This document shows positions 1 to 8,532 of a stretch of 64,000 nucleotides of DNA, in pieces (within the stretch, counting starts at the first letter, position 1; each line of letters starts with the position of its first letter). The DNA is from a virus. The stretch spans positions 1 through 64,000 of IMG/VR virus record IMGVR_UViG_3300036715_002359, one strand, 5' to 3'. Under the pieces are notes generated by a model. That model was not told the DNA's origin. It did no database searches and saw nothing but the letters and a program-made list of their open reading frames with translations. Position numbers and translations under genes: made by a program.

Positions 1-27
1 GTATCCTTCCTTAATAGATATTGGAGA

Positions 28-159
28 AATAGATGTCCAGTTTCTAAAATAAAAAACAGACAATTGGACATCTGCCTCTGTAGTTATAATAAATACTGAT
101 AGTTTCAAAAATAATAGATGTCCAGTTTTTTGGACAGAATTGGACATCTGTGTCCAAAA
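28..159. repeat. Two tandem inverted-repeat units AGATGTCCA...TGGACATCT
   Basis: AGATGTCCA at 31-39 and 116-124; TGGACATCT at 65-73 and 141-149; extra TTTTGGACA (128-136) / TGTCCAAAA (151-159) pair. Confidence 0.85.
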
Positions 160-183
160 CCTCCGTCAACGAAGTTCAAAACT

Positions 184-193
184 TTGGTATAAG
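184..193 (+). promoter_or_regulatory. TTGGTATAAG putative early promoter of the RT unit
   Basis: Same 10-mer precedes most plus-strand cassettes in the window. Confidence 0.7.
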
Positions 194-260
194 GATTTTG
201 TAGGACAGTCTTATCACTCTTTTAAAATCTCAGACCAGAAATTTTAAAAATAAGAAGAAC

Positions 261-401
261 ATGATTGCACTTTTAAGCTTGATTAAATTGTTTATTGATT
301 TGGGTAATATTGCTTTGGATCTACTCAAAGCAGCATTGAGACTCTATAACCAATACATGAATGATCTAAATACCAACCGCCAAGAATCTCTTTTGGCATA
401 A
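261..401 (+). CDS. Possible 46-aa amphipathic peptide (MIALLSLIKLFIDLGNIALDLLKAALRL...)
   Basis: ATG 261 to TAA 399-401 read by hand; weak RBS; could instead be ncRNA. Confidence 0.35.
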   Translation: MIALLSLIKLFIDLGNIALDLLKAALRLYNQYMNDLNTNRQESLLA

Positions 402-434
402 CGACAGCTAGTTACTGGCTGTCAAGGAAAGAAT

Positions 435-992
435 GTGGATTTACTCATAGAATCATTTGAAACGAATACTACCTCCATAAATTCCCCTAAATTATCAAGT
501 CCCGTGTTTGAACTTAAAAACAATTACTTCGTGGTAACTGATGGTACGATACATAATTATTACACCATCAAAGTACACCCTGATGCAGAAACGGATTCAC
601 TTATCAGGTTTGAAAGAAGTCCCCCAGTAATACTGGAAGGGCTCGCCATTATTAACAAGAGAATTTTTAAAGTCACAGTTGACGACTTGTTACGTAGAAT
701 TATAAGAAAATCCCGAGAAATTAAATTAGAGGTATTGAATGGAACAAGTAGCACAAGTAGCAAGTCCGTTGGTGACATCGGAACCACAGACATCACAATC
801 AGCACAGAAACTAGTTTTACAACTTCTCCCGCAACAACCATTCAAGGTATCGTCCAACAACGAGTTGAGCATAAAACTGAAATGGAAGAACACGCAGCTG
901 CTGACGCTGCTTGGCAGGAACAAATCGGAACACTACTCGGTCTTATATCTAAAGAAGAAGGGGACGAGTGGGAAATTACGGAAGCTACATAA
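435..992 (+). CDS. Hypothetical protein overlapping the RT 5' end by 254 nt
   Basis: 185-codon ORF in AT-rich DNA; GTG start preceded by AAGGA. Confidence 0.5.
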   Translation: MDLLIESFETNTTSINSPKLSSPVFELKNNYFVVTDGTIHNYYTIKVHPDAETDSLIRFERSPPVILEGLAIINKRIFKVTVDDLLRRIIRKSREIKLEVLNGTSSTSSKSVGDIGTTDITISTETSFTTSPATTIQGIVQQRVEHKTEMEEHAAADAAWQEQIGTLLGLISKEEGDEWEITEAT

Positions 993-1890
993 TCCTGATG
1001 GACTAATGAGAGTTGCTCAATACCGTATTCTAAAAGAAATTTTAGAGAAAATTGAAGTACCAGATTATGTTTGCGCTTTTGAAAAAGATCGTAACATTCC
1101 TGATATGGCAGCACTTCATGTTAACAAGAAAATTATTGTTAGTGTAGATCTTAAGGATTTTTTTACTAGCATTAAACAGTTTCATGTTAACCAAATCTTC
1201 GAACACTTGGGATTCGAATCGGCTCCGGCTAGAACCCTATCTGAACTTTGTACCTACGGATCTTTTGTTCCACAAGGTGCTCTGACCAGTCCTAAACTCA
1301 GCAATATTGTTACATCATTAACGTTCGGTCCTATTATAAAAGCGTTCTGTGAAGAACACGGTTATATTTTGACTATTTACGCAGATGACATTACAGTATC
1401 TAGCACAGAGAAAATGGATGGGTTAGAAGGTCGTCTTAAGGCTGGTGAAGTAGTAAACTTTATCAGAAAAACAGTAGGTTCCTACGGGTTCCAACTTAAT
1501 CCTAAGAAGATCAAAATTATGAAAAATCACATGCGTCAATACGTATGTGGTGCAGTTGTAAACTCTAAAGTAAATATGCAATTCTCTGAAAGGAATCGCT
1601 TACGAGCTATTGTTCATAACTGTTTGATGAATGGAATTGTTAAAGAAGCCGAGAAATTCGGTGTTCCCCCTGACAAATTCTCAGCCAAGATTATGGGACG
1701 CTTAAATTGGTTTAGCCAACTTAATCCCGTAGCTGGTGAAAAAGCTAAGACAAAGTTTAAAGAAGTCTGTGCGGATCAAATAATGTGCCCCACAGCCGAG
1801 ACTGAAAGCGTAAAAGATGCAGGATCGCTAGATGGTCTACCTATCACAGAACTACTGTTACCGGAAACGGAAACAAATGTACCATGGTAA
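739..1890 (+). CDS. Retron-type reverse transcriptase
   Basis: KK-G--R-L-NP N-terminus, region-X-like DMAALH, DLKDFF, PQGALTSP, catalytic YADD, region-Y-like VCGAVVN; GAGGT RBS. Confidence 0.93.
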   Translation: MEQVAQVASPLVTSEPQTSQSAQKLVLQLLPQQPFKVSSNNELSIKLKWKNTQLLTLLGRNKSEHYSVLYLKKKGTSGKLRKLHNPDGLMRVAQYRILKEILEKIEVPDYVCAFEKDRNIPDMAALHVNKKIIVSVDLKDFFTSIKQFHVNQIFEHLGFESAPARTLSELCTYGSFVPQGALTSPKLSNIVTSLTFGPIIKAFCEEHGYILTIYADDITVSSTEKMDGLEGRLKAGEVVNFIRKTVGSYGFQLNPKKIKIMKNHMRQYVCGAVVNSKVNMQFSERNRLRAIVHNCLMNGIVKEAEKFGVPPDKFSAKIMGRLNWFSQLNPVAGEKAKTKFKEVCADQIMCPTAETESVKDAGSLDGLPITELLLPETETNVPW

Positions 1891-1901
1891 GTTAAAACGG
1901 A

Positions 1902-1999
1902 AAAAGATTGATAAGAGTAATACGTACGTTGAGGGTAAGTCTGGTCTGAGACTTAACGTATATGAATTAACTGATTGTATAATCCTGGCAATCAGTTAA
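1902..1999 (+). ncRNA. Structured 3' trailer of the RT transcript (candidate msr/msd-like element)
   Basis: Stem 1925-1933/1952-1960; perfect 11-bp stem 1967-1977/1989-1999; two segments complementary to the 5' leader. Confidence 0.45.
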
Positions 2000-2010
2000 C
2001 GAATTCTTCA

Positions 2011-2042
2011 GTGCCCTTATTGTTAGGGCACGTTTTTTTTTT
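2011..2042 (+). terminator. Rho-independent terminator
   Basis: GTGCCCT/AGGGCAC stem followed by a T run. Confidence 0.85.
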
Positions 2043-3177
2043 AGCCTAACGCAACTCCAGAAGAACTAATTTTAACGAAATGACCACTAAAGGTTGAATC
2101 AATACCCCCACTATGCATCTTGATTTCTCCACCACTAAAATCGGCAGTAATACCCGAATCTGTCATATTAATAATAGGCCCTGAACCTTTAGTAAGATTT
2201 ATCTGAGTGTTATTAATTTTTATAACATTTACATCTTTATAAGTTACCTGAACTTCATCTTTATTTAAATTAACTTTAGTAAAATTACTGTTATCCCCGT
2301 TAGATGAGGTAATAGTAACAACACCGTTAGTTTCGTATATACGAGTAATCAAACTAGAATCAGCATTTTTAACAATGATTTCTTGTGAACCATCCAAATG
2401 AATTTCACGTTTCATAAGTTGAGTATCTGATACAGATGATCCAGTAACTATCTCCTCTTTAAAAATTCTATTATCTAAAGTTGGATCATCAGAAACAAAC
2501 TGATCTTGCATTGCCACTTCACCTAGGGACACATCTCCTATAATTTGATTATATTTATAGTTTTCAGTGCGGCTATCAGCAAAAGTTTGGGCATACCCAG
2601 CATAACGATACACACGATTTCTTAAGTTATAGATAACATCAATGCCAACATCAGTAAAATGTTGCCAATTACGAGATACTATTCTAACCAAATCATCCCA
2701 TTTACAAACGTATATTTCAGCTAAACGTGAAGCTCTCATAAGAATAGACCCACCTCGTAATACTCCAAGTAGACCTCCACCAGTACTTGTGGTAAGATTA
2801 TCTCCTAGACTCATATCATTTGGAGAATTCTGATCTAGAATAACTGAAGCTGAGGCAGGGCTAAAGCTACCAGTATTAACTAACTGTTCACCGGTATCGA
2901 TTGATACTGGAAATGCTCCATCCACTGCTTGTAACTTTGGTAAAAAACCAATGATTAATGGGTAACCTAATCCACTATGAAGAATCGCTCTAGATCCTAG
3001 TGCTGGAGAACTTCTAGTCCCAGCCCTAGTTGCACTACCACTATCTCCTAGGTAGGGAACGGCATTGAGATTTTGACCACGCAAAGTCTTAACTCTGCAT
3101 AATCTATTCACAATGTCTACTTCTGTAACAACTCCCTCATCTAAGAGGTAGTCTATTTCTGAGGAATTATTGAACAT
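2041..3177 (-). CDS. Baseplate hub/spike protein (gp5/gpV-like)
   Basis: N-terminal G-V--VD----C-V OB-fold-like pattern; C-terminal short beta-strand repeats ending in a His-containing tip. Confidence 0.6.
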   Translation of the reverse strand: MFNNSSEIDYLLDEGVVTEVDIVNRLCRVKTLRGQNLNAVPYLGDSGSATRAGTRSSPALGSRAILHSGLGYPLIIGFLPKLQAVDGAFPVSIDTGEQLVNTGSFSPASASVILDQNSPNDMSLGDNLTTSTGGGLLGVLRGGSILMRASRLAEIYVCKWDDLVRIVSRNWQHFTDVGIDVIYNLRNRVYRYAGYAQTFADSRTENYKYNQIIGDVSLGEVAMQDQFVSDDPTLDNRIFKEEIVTGSSVSDTQLMKREIHLDGSQEIIVKNADSSLITRIYETNGVVTITSSNGDNSNFTKVNLNKDEVQVTYKDVNVIKINNTQINLTKGSGPIINMTDSGITADFSGGEIKMHSGGIDSTFSGHFVKISSSGVALG

Positions 3178-3189
3178 AAATTAGTATTT

Positions 3190-3199
3190 TTGGTATAAG
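3190..3199 (+). promoter_or_regulatory. TTGGTATAAG putative early promoter
   Basis: Recurrent motif upstream of a plus-strand cassette. Confidence 0.7.
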
Positions 3200-3255
3200 T
3201 ATAGTGTAGGAAATAATAATATGATTTTACACTAACCATTTTCTTAGGAGATGAT

Positions 3256-3405
3256 ATGCGTATTATTCCAGCTCTTATCACTCTAGCCATAAGTCTTAAA
3301 CTGAGTGATAAATTGATAGGTACCAAGTTTTACAATCCTACCTCAAAAAGCCAGCTACGGTATCGTCGGTATCGTGACCAAACCAAAACCCGTAAGTCAA
3401 CTTGA
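3256..3405 (+). CDS. Small basic protein, 49 aa (not in ORF track)
   Basis: TAGGAG RBS; ATG 3256 to TGA 3403-3405. Confidence 0.5.
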   Translation: MRIIPALITLAISLKLSDKLIGTKFYNPTSKSQLRYRRYRDQTKTRKST

Positions 3406-3415
3406 AGGAAACATC

Positions 3416-4108
3416 ATGAAAAAGCTCACACTGCTGTTCGCTATTGCTACAATCGTTTGTGTATCTGCATGTCAACCCATTCAATTGACGTTACCAGCTG
3501 CTGCTCAAAATCAACCACAGCAACCGGTAGTTTACCAGACTCAGCCACAAATGCAACAAACATCGTATCAGCCACAACAACAGCAATACTACCAGCCACA
3601 GCCACAGCAACAGCAACAAATGCAGCCGCAGCAACAACCACAACAGTACTATCAACAACCACAGCAGCAACAGCCAGTACTGTCTTATACTGTCAATCCG
3701 AACCAACCGGTTCAACCGACAATGCAAAACACCAGCTACTCTCCTGCAACCACTGGTGGCCTGCCGATTCAACCAAAAAACGTCGGCAAACTCCAGGGCT
3801 GTGACATCTTCGAAATGAGCCTCGATGTCGGTCCAGTAACTGTTGCTCGTTGCCCTGGTCCTAATGGTCAACCAAGTTTCACACAAATCAGCTCGGCTTC
3901 CACTCAAGTCGGCAAGATCGTGTTTAACGACGATGGCCCTAAACTGACCGGCGAGTCCGAAAAAACTGTTCGTAAAACGATCGAAGACCAAATCTACGCC
4001 AGCGTCAAACACAAAGTTGAAGACAAGTTGATGTCTGACTTTTCCGAAAACTCCGAAGCAAAAGGCGAAACCGACAGTCGCACCGTCGTGGCAGTCAACA
4101 CCAAGTAA
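3416..4108 (+). CDS. Gln/Pro-rich lipoprotein
   Basis: AAGGA RBS before MKKLTLLFAIATIVCVSAC (lipobox-like); poly-Q low-complexity region. Confidence 0.75.
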   Translation: MKKLTLLFAIATIVCVSACQPIQLTLPAAAQNQPQQPVVYQTQPQMQQTSYQPQQQQYYQPQPQQQQQMQPQQQPQQYYQQPQQQQPVLSYTVNPNQPVQPTMQNTSYSPATTGGLPIQPKNVGKLQGCDIFEMSLDVGPVTVARCPGPNGQPSFTQISSASTQVGKIVFNDDGPKLTGESEKTVRKTIEDQIYASVKHKVEDKLMSDFSENSEAKGETDSRTVVAVNTK

Positions 4109-4179
4109 TACAGCCCAACAAGCCGAAAGGCAAGTGGGGAATATCCCTAACCGGATATTCCTTTAGATTAAACATAAAA

Positions 4180-5001
4180 ATGAAAATACAAATTAAATCA
4201 GATTTACACAACGAATTTAGTTGGCATAAAACAAGACCCTATCGGGAAGGTGTAGTTCCGGCAGACCAATACATTAATCCTGACGCAGATGTCATCGTGT
4301 TGGCAGGAGATATTGTTGGACCAACCTGTGAAGATGCTATTCTGGCACATTACGGTAACTGTGGTAAACCTATCGTTTATGTTACTGGTAATCATGAGGC
4401 TTACGGTGATACCCATCAAAAAACTATTGCTAGGCTAAAAGCCAAGTTCGAAGGAACCAACATTCATTTACTTAATCCTGGATATCTAATCATTCAAGGT
4501 GTACTATTCGTTGGTGCAACCATGTGGACTGAATTACCAGATAACGCTATAACGAAGTTAGAACTTTCTCGCTGGTCCGATTGCCAATGGATTAAAGATA
4601 TGACTTTCGAACATTGGAACAAATTGCACGCTACTGATAAAAATGTTATGTATCAAAGTTTATCTTTTGCTCAATTCAAAGAATTACCAAAAGTAATGGT
4701 AACTCACATGCTTCCAAGTAACGAGTCTGTTCCTTTCCAATATAAAGGAGTTGCACAAAATATGTTCTTTGTGGATCCTTCATGTGAAGAGATTATGAAG
4801 GAAGACTACGCTCCTGAATTATGGATTCATGGTCATACTCACACTAGCTGTGATTATCAACTTCACAAAACAAGAGTGGTTTGTAATCCTTATGGATATT
4901 GGCCTAATATGTTAAACAAAGAATTTAAACCTGATCTTTTAGTTGAGATAAATAACAATCCAAAAGCTGATCCCGAACCTATAATCACTCAAGAATGCTA
5001 G
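4180..5001 (+). CDS. Calcineurin-like metallophosphoesterase
   Basis: SDLH, LAGD, GNHE, TH and HGHTH motifs. Confidence 0.92.
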   Translation: MKIQIKSDLHNEFSWHKTRPYREGVVPADQYINPDADVIVLAGDIVGPTCEDAILAHYGNCGKPIVYVTGNHEAYGDTHQKTIARLKAKFEGTNIHLLNPGYLIIQGVLFVGATMWTELPDNAITKLELSRWSDCQWIKDMTFEHWNKLHATDKNVMYQSLSFAQFKELPKVMVTHMLPSNESVPFQYKGVAQNMFFVDPSCEEIMKEDYAPELWIHGHTHTSCDYQLHKTRVVCNPYGYWPNMLNKEFKPDLLVEINNNPKADPEPIITQEC

Positions 5002-5099
5002 ACGAAAAAAAGCCCAGCGAACCGGGCTTGCCTGAATCTAGAATGGGTGTAATAGCATTACAGGACTTTCAAAGGTAGTTTAACACGGAAGGAAACGAA

Positions 5100-5333
5100 A
5101 TGTCAATTCTTAACAAAATTTTTTATGTCTTTTTCATCTTAAACATAGTCGTTATTTTTATAGCTATATTTTTCGGATGGACTCCTTACCGTGTAGATGC
5201 TGTTTCTGGACGAGCAATAATTATCGTAATTATTCATGGCCTCTACACTTTTATTGGTTTAGTAAAGTTATTTGCCAAGGAGGATGCTAAATTGATCAAT
5301 CAACTTTACGCTCAAAAACAACGGGTAAAATAG
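5100..5333 (+). CDS. Small membrane protein
   Basis: Two hydrophobic segments; GGAAGG RBS. Confidence 0.65.
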   Translation: MSILNKIFYVFFILNIVVIFIAIFFGWTPYRVDAVSGRAIIIVIIHGLYTFIGLVKLFAKEDAKLINQLYAQKQRVK

Positions 5334-5438
5334 GAAGCTAAACAAAATGTCAGAAACTATTAAACAATTAACGCCGGTAAGAATTACGGTGCTGAATTAT
5401 CCGCTGGTAAAACGCTGCACTAACTGATAGGAGTAGTT

Positions 5439-5951
5439 ATGAACGAGGAACAAGCAAAAAGCATCTTTATTTCAGCCGGGTTCGAAGTTTTAAAACTCTA
5501 CGAACTCACTAATCAATACTGGGGGAAAAATGATGTTGTCGGGCCTTGGTGGTTGGTTAAAACACCAATCGGTTTTATTCGTATTGGCTGGCGAAAACGT
5601 GTTATTGAAATCGATTGGTCAGACACCGGTATTCGGAAAATCATTACCGAAAGCGATGTCACCAAAGACGAAACGATGGTACATGCTTACACCGTTCCTT
5701 TGGCTGTTGAGTATCTCCAATTATTGTGTATGGAGTTTAACACCCACAACGCTCACCATCATAAATCATCCCATATCAGTAATTCACAATTAACGTATGC
5801 AACGTACGTTGTTGGTTCTTTACCCAACTATCTGGTTGAAGAATTATTTAACCAGTATTGTCATAGCTGTTATCATCTCAAGTCAAAATGTGCTTGTCCT
5901 ACCCCAATCACAACTTTTCTTGAAAGTGGTAACATCTGTGTTGCGCATTAA
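5439..5951 (+). CDS. Hypothetical protein, Cys/His-rich C-terminus
   Basis: AGGAG RBS; followed by a hairpin plus T run (~5956-5983). Confidence 0.7.
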   Translation: MNEEQAKSIFISAGFEVLKLYELTNQYWGKNDVVGPWWLVKTPIGFIRIGWRKRVIEIDWSDTGIRKIITESDVTKDETMVHAYTVPLAVEYLQLLCMEFNTHNAHHHKSSHISNSQLTYATYVVGSLPNYLVEELFNQYCHSCYHLKSKCACPTPITTFLESGNICVAH

Positions 5952-6001
5952 ACTAAGGCCCTGTTTATTCAGGGCTTTTTTTTACATTAATAAAGTGTAA
6001 A

Positions 6002-6011
6002 TTGGTATAAG
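6002..6011 (+). promoter_or_regulatory. TTGGTATAAG putative early promoter
   Basis: Recurrent motif. Confidence 0.7.
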
Positions 6012-6075
6012 TATAGTACGGGCAGACAATAATACATACTCCCGTATCCCAATAACTCCCCACAGGAGATTTACC

Positions 6076-7020
6076 ATGATTGTAGATACTCGTCGTAAAA
6101 CGTTACGGTGGAAAGATGACCAATGGATGTCGGTAGCTGAATGGCTTTTGAACAACCGTGCTTCCAAATGTGAAGTGTCCGGTCTGTTTGCCATTAAAGC
6201 TAAAGATATCATGGACGCTCAAGAAGCAATACTGACGTCAGAATACCATCGGACTGGAACTCCGATAATGGTGGACTTGCGTAAAAAACTGCAAGAATAC
6301 TTGGCAATACTGATTGAAATACGTGTTTCTGAACAATCGAAATTGACCGATCCGGTACAAGTTATCATTGACCAGGCGAAAGCTAATGATATTACTGCTC
6401 AGTTATTATCCCAGGTTTCGTCTGGGCAGCTGATGGATAAGCTGATCGATGTATTGGTCGATCGTCTGGTGGAACGTCTTGGTACCAAAATCAGTGACGA
6501 AGTCATTGATAGTTTGGCCATGATGAAAATGGGCGATCTTCCCACTCATTCACTTCCTTCAGTCATCCAGGGTTTGCCTAAAGACGAAGACGAAGACGAA
6601 GGTAACTCACTCTTCTTCGACTCTCGGCAGCCAGCATTGACTAATCATACTATTCCAAAAAGTACGGTTAGTTCAAAGTTGAAACACAACCCAGAAGTAG
6701 TTTCAGCTCCAAAAGTATTGAAGCCACGTATTGCGTTAATTGGCTTTACTCACAACGACTGGAATATTCTTCGCATCGAGTTTCCAATGTTCGAACTCCA
6801 ATACTTTAATGAAACTAGCAAGAATCTCCGTGCTTCGTTGAAGACGTTTGATTTCGGCCTGGGTGCCATCGGTCGTATGAATGGTGGTCTGCATCCTATC
6901 GCCAAAGATACTCTTGGCAAAAAGTACTTCCCTGCTGATGGTGCCGCATACACAATGCGTAACCAACTGAAATCTTGGGCTAAAGCCTTCGCAGAAGATC
7001 CAAGTTTCTTTCAAAAGTAA
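6076..7020 (+). CDS. Hypothetical protein
   Basis: 314-aa ORF; CCCACAGGAGAT RBS; terminator at ~7036-7066. Confidence 0.8.
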   Translation: MIVDTRRKTLRWKDDQWMSVAEWLLNNRASKCEVSGLFAIKAKDIMDAQEAILTSEYHRTGTPIMVDLRKKLQEYLAILIEIRVSEQSKLTDPVQVIIDQAKANDITAQLLSQVSSGQLMDKLIDVLVDRLVERLGTKISDEVIDSLAMMKMGDLPTHSLPSVIQGLPKDEDEDEGNSLFFDSRQPALTNHTIPKSTVSSKLKHNPEVVSAPKVLKPRIALIGFTHNDWNILRIEFPMFELQYFNETSKNLRASLKTFDFGLGAIGRMNGGLHPIAKDTLGKKYFPADGAAYTMRNQLKSWAKAFAEDPSFFQK

Positions 7021-7143
7021 TTGTGCGCCGTTCTTCAACCCCGTCTGTACGAGGGGTTGTTTTTTTAGATTAGTGAGGTTGAAATTAGTATAAGAGAAGT
7101 ACTAACAATTACTGTGTAAATAATCAGGATTAAAATTTTTAAA

Positions 7144-7269
7144 ATGGCGTTACCTCTTTCTAATAATTTAGGAAGAGCTATTCAGATTTTAATATCTGAA
7201 GATTTAAAAAATTATAAATTATGGGTTGATAATGACTTACTCGAACAACTAACAGGGGCTACTACATAA
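7144..7269 (+). CDS. Possible 41-aa protein or gene relic
   Basis: Between variant promoter TTAGTATAAG (7085-7094) and a terminator; weak RBS. Confidence 0.3.
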   Translation: MALPLSNNLGRAIQILISEDLKNYKLWVDNDLLEQLTGATT

Positions 7270-7303
7270 TAAAAAAGCCCCGCTTAGGCAGGGCTTTCTT
7301 TTT
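7270..7303. terminator. Bidirectional terminator
   Basis: A-run, GCCC...GGGC stem, T-run between convergent units. Confidence 0.75.
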
Positions 7304-7306
7304 GGA

Positions 7307-7972
7307 TTAACCAAATGAAACTGGTACACAACGGTCATATTGAATTTGGATATTTTCAGCAATGACTGGTTGTTGACTAGCAACTTGGAATGAGTAACCT
7401 TCAAACATGCAATACTCAAGATATGTTGCAACAAGAGTTTTACCGTATCCGTCAGCACCGCCTCCACGTGACTTCATAATCAGCATCAGTCCAAACGGAA
7501 CTGCAAAGTATTCTGAGTCCAAGTTCATCATGATGTTGGAGCCATCAGCTCCAGGTGAACGTTGACCATTCGTAGCCATCAGAGGACGATAAGCAGCTTG
7601 GCTTAACGCAGCTAGGATATTTTTTTGGTCAGCTAAAACCTTACTCATACTAATCGTTGGTGCTGTTTTACCACGAGTAAAGAATGAACGGTTAGAACCA
7701 ATTTCGAATAAACGCATTAATTGTGCGTTTTGTTGATGAGCAATGTTATCTACTAATCCGATTGGAATCAGATCAGCAGCACCGCCAGATAAACCTGTGT
7801 AGCGAGCTGGACCGGCTAAAAGAATAGTCGAGTCTGGGCTTGCAGAATATTGTGAAAAACGCTCGTAGCCTTCTTCATCTAATTTCGAAATATAACTACC
7901 CTTCCAGTCAAAACTGGTAGAAAAGCCTGATTCCGTTACAGCGCTTAAACGATCATTTAAAGCGTCAGCCAT
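7307..7972 (-). CDS. Putative tail tube protein
   Basis: PIG...Q...FEIGS pattern and C-terminal E---I-YDR typical of myovirus tubes; near sheath gene. Confidence 0.65.
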   Translation of the reverse strand: MADALNDRLSAVTESGFSTSFDWKGSYISKLDEEGYERFSQYSASPDSTILLAGPARYTGLSGGAADLIPIGLVDNIAHQQNAQLMRLFEIGSNRSFFTRGKTAPTISMSKVLADQKNILAALSQAAYRPLMATNGQRSPGADGSNIMMNLDSEYFAVPFGLMLIMKSRGGGADGYGKTLVATYLEYCMFEGYSFQVASQQPVIAENIQIQYDRCVPVSFG

Positions 7973-8149
7973 TTTAAGTCCCTTAATATATAGTGTTAGT
8001 TTAGCTCGGTTTCATTCCAAGCTAAGAAAAAATTCGGTGAAGGTTAAACCTTCTTCAGCCCTTATTTTAATCATAAATTTCAAATACGAATTAAGGAATT
8101 TGGTATAGGTATTATGTACACAACTAAAACCTTTTTAAAGGAACCTATC

Positions 8150-8440
8150 ATGCACAAAGATATAGCACTTCGTGATTGTGTGGCTCACGCTAAAAAATAT
8201 CCAACAACTTTTGAAATACCAACCGTCGCTGAAGTAGCATCTTTAAAAGTTGGCGATACAGTAAAATTACATTTCGTTCATCGAAACTATTGGATGGAAC
8301 GTATGTGGGTTGAAATACAAGAAATAATCGATGGAAAATTTAAAGGTAAACTTCTGAATATTCCTCAACTCATTCTTTCTGATAAACTCCAGCACAATGA
8401 GGAAATAGAATTTCAGGGTCATAATATCTCAATGAGGTAA
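8150..8440 (+). CDS. Hypothetical protein (DUF2314-like)
   Basis: ERMWVEI...G-L-N-P pattern; AAGGA RBS before ATG 8150; promoter variant TTGGTATAGG 8100-8109. Confidence 0.6.
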   Translation: MHKDIALRDCVAHAKKYPTTFEIPTVAEVASLKVGDTVKLHFVHRNYWMERMWVEIQEIIDGKFKGKLLNIPQLILSDKLQHNEEIEFQGHNISMR

Positions 8441-8472
8441 CAAATTTTCTTTTCAATTACGACCGTTGAATT

Positions 8473-8482
8473 TTGGTATAAG
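8473..8482 (+). promoter_or_regulatory. TTGGTATAAG putative early promoter
   Basis: Recurrent motif. Confidence 0.7.
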
Positions 8483-8532
8483 AGAATTGGTATCAAATAA
8501 ATCTATAACCTACCTCCCCACAGGATAACATC

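Noticed and set aside
1-738. CRISPR array near the RT
   Set aside because: Only two palindromic units are visible, there is no regular repeat-spacer series within the window, and no cas genes were recognised.
739-1890. RT as a diversity-generating retroelement or group II intron
   Set aside because: Motifs are retron-like. I found no TR/VR pair differing at adenines, no maturase/endonuclease domain, no domain V-like hairpin and no interrupted host gene in the window.
3447-4012. Alternative-frame ORFs over the Gln-rich gene
   Set aside because: By-products of CAA/CAG low-complexity sequence lacking stops.
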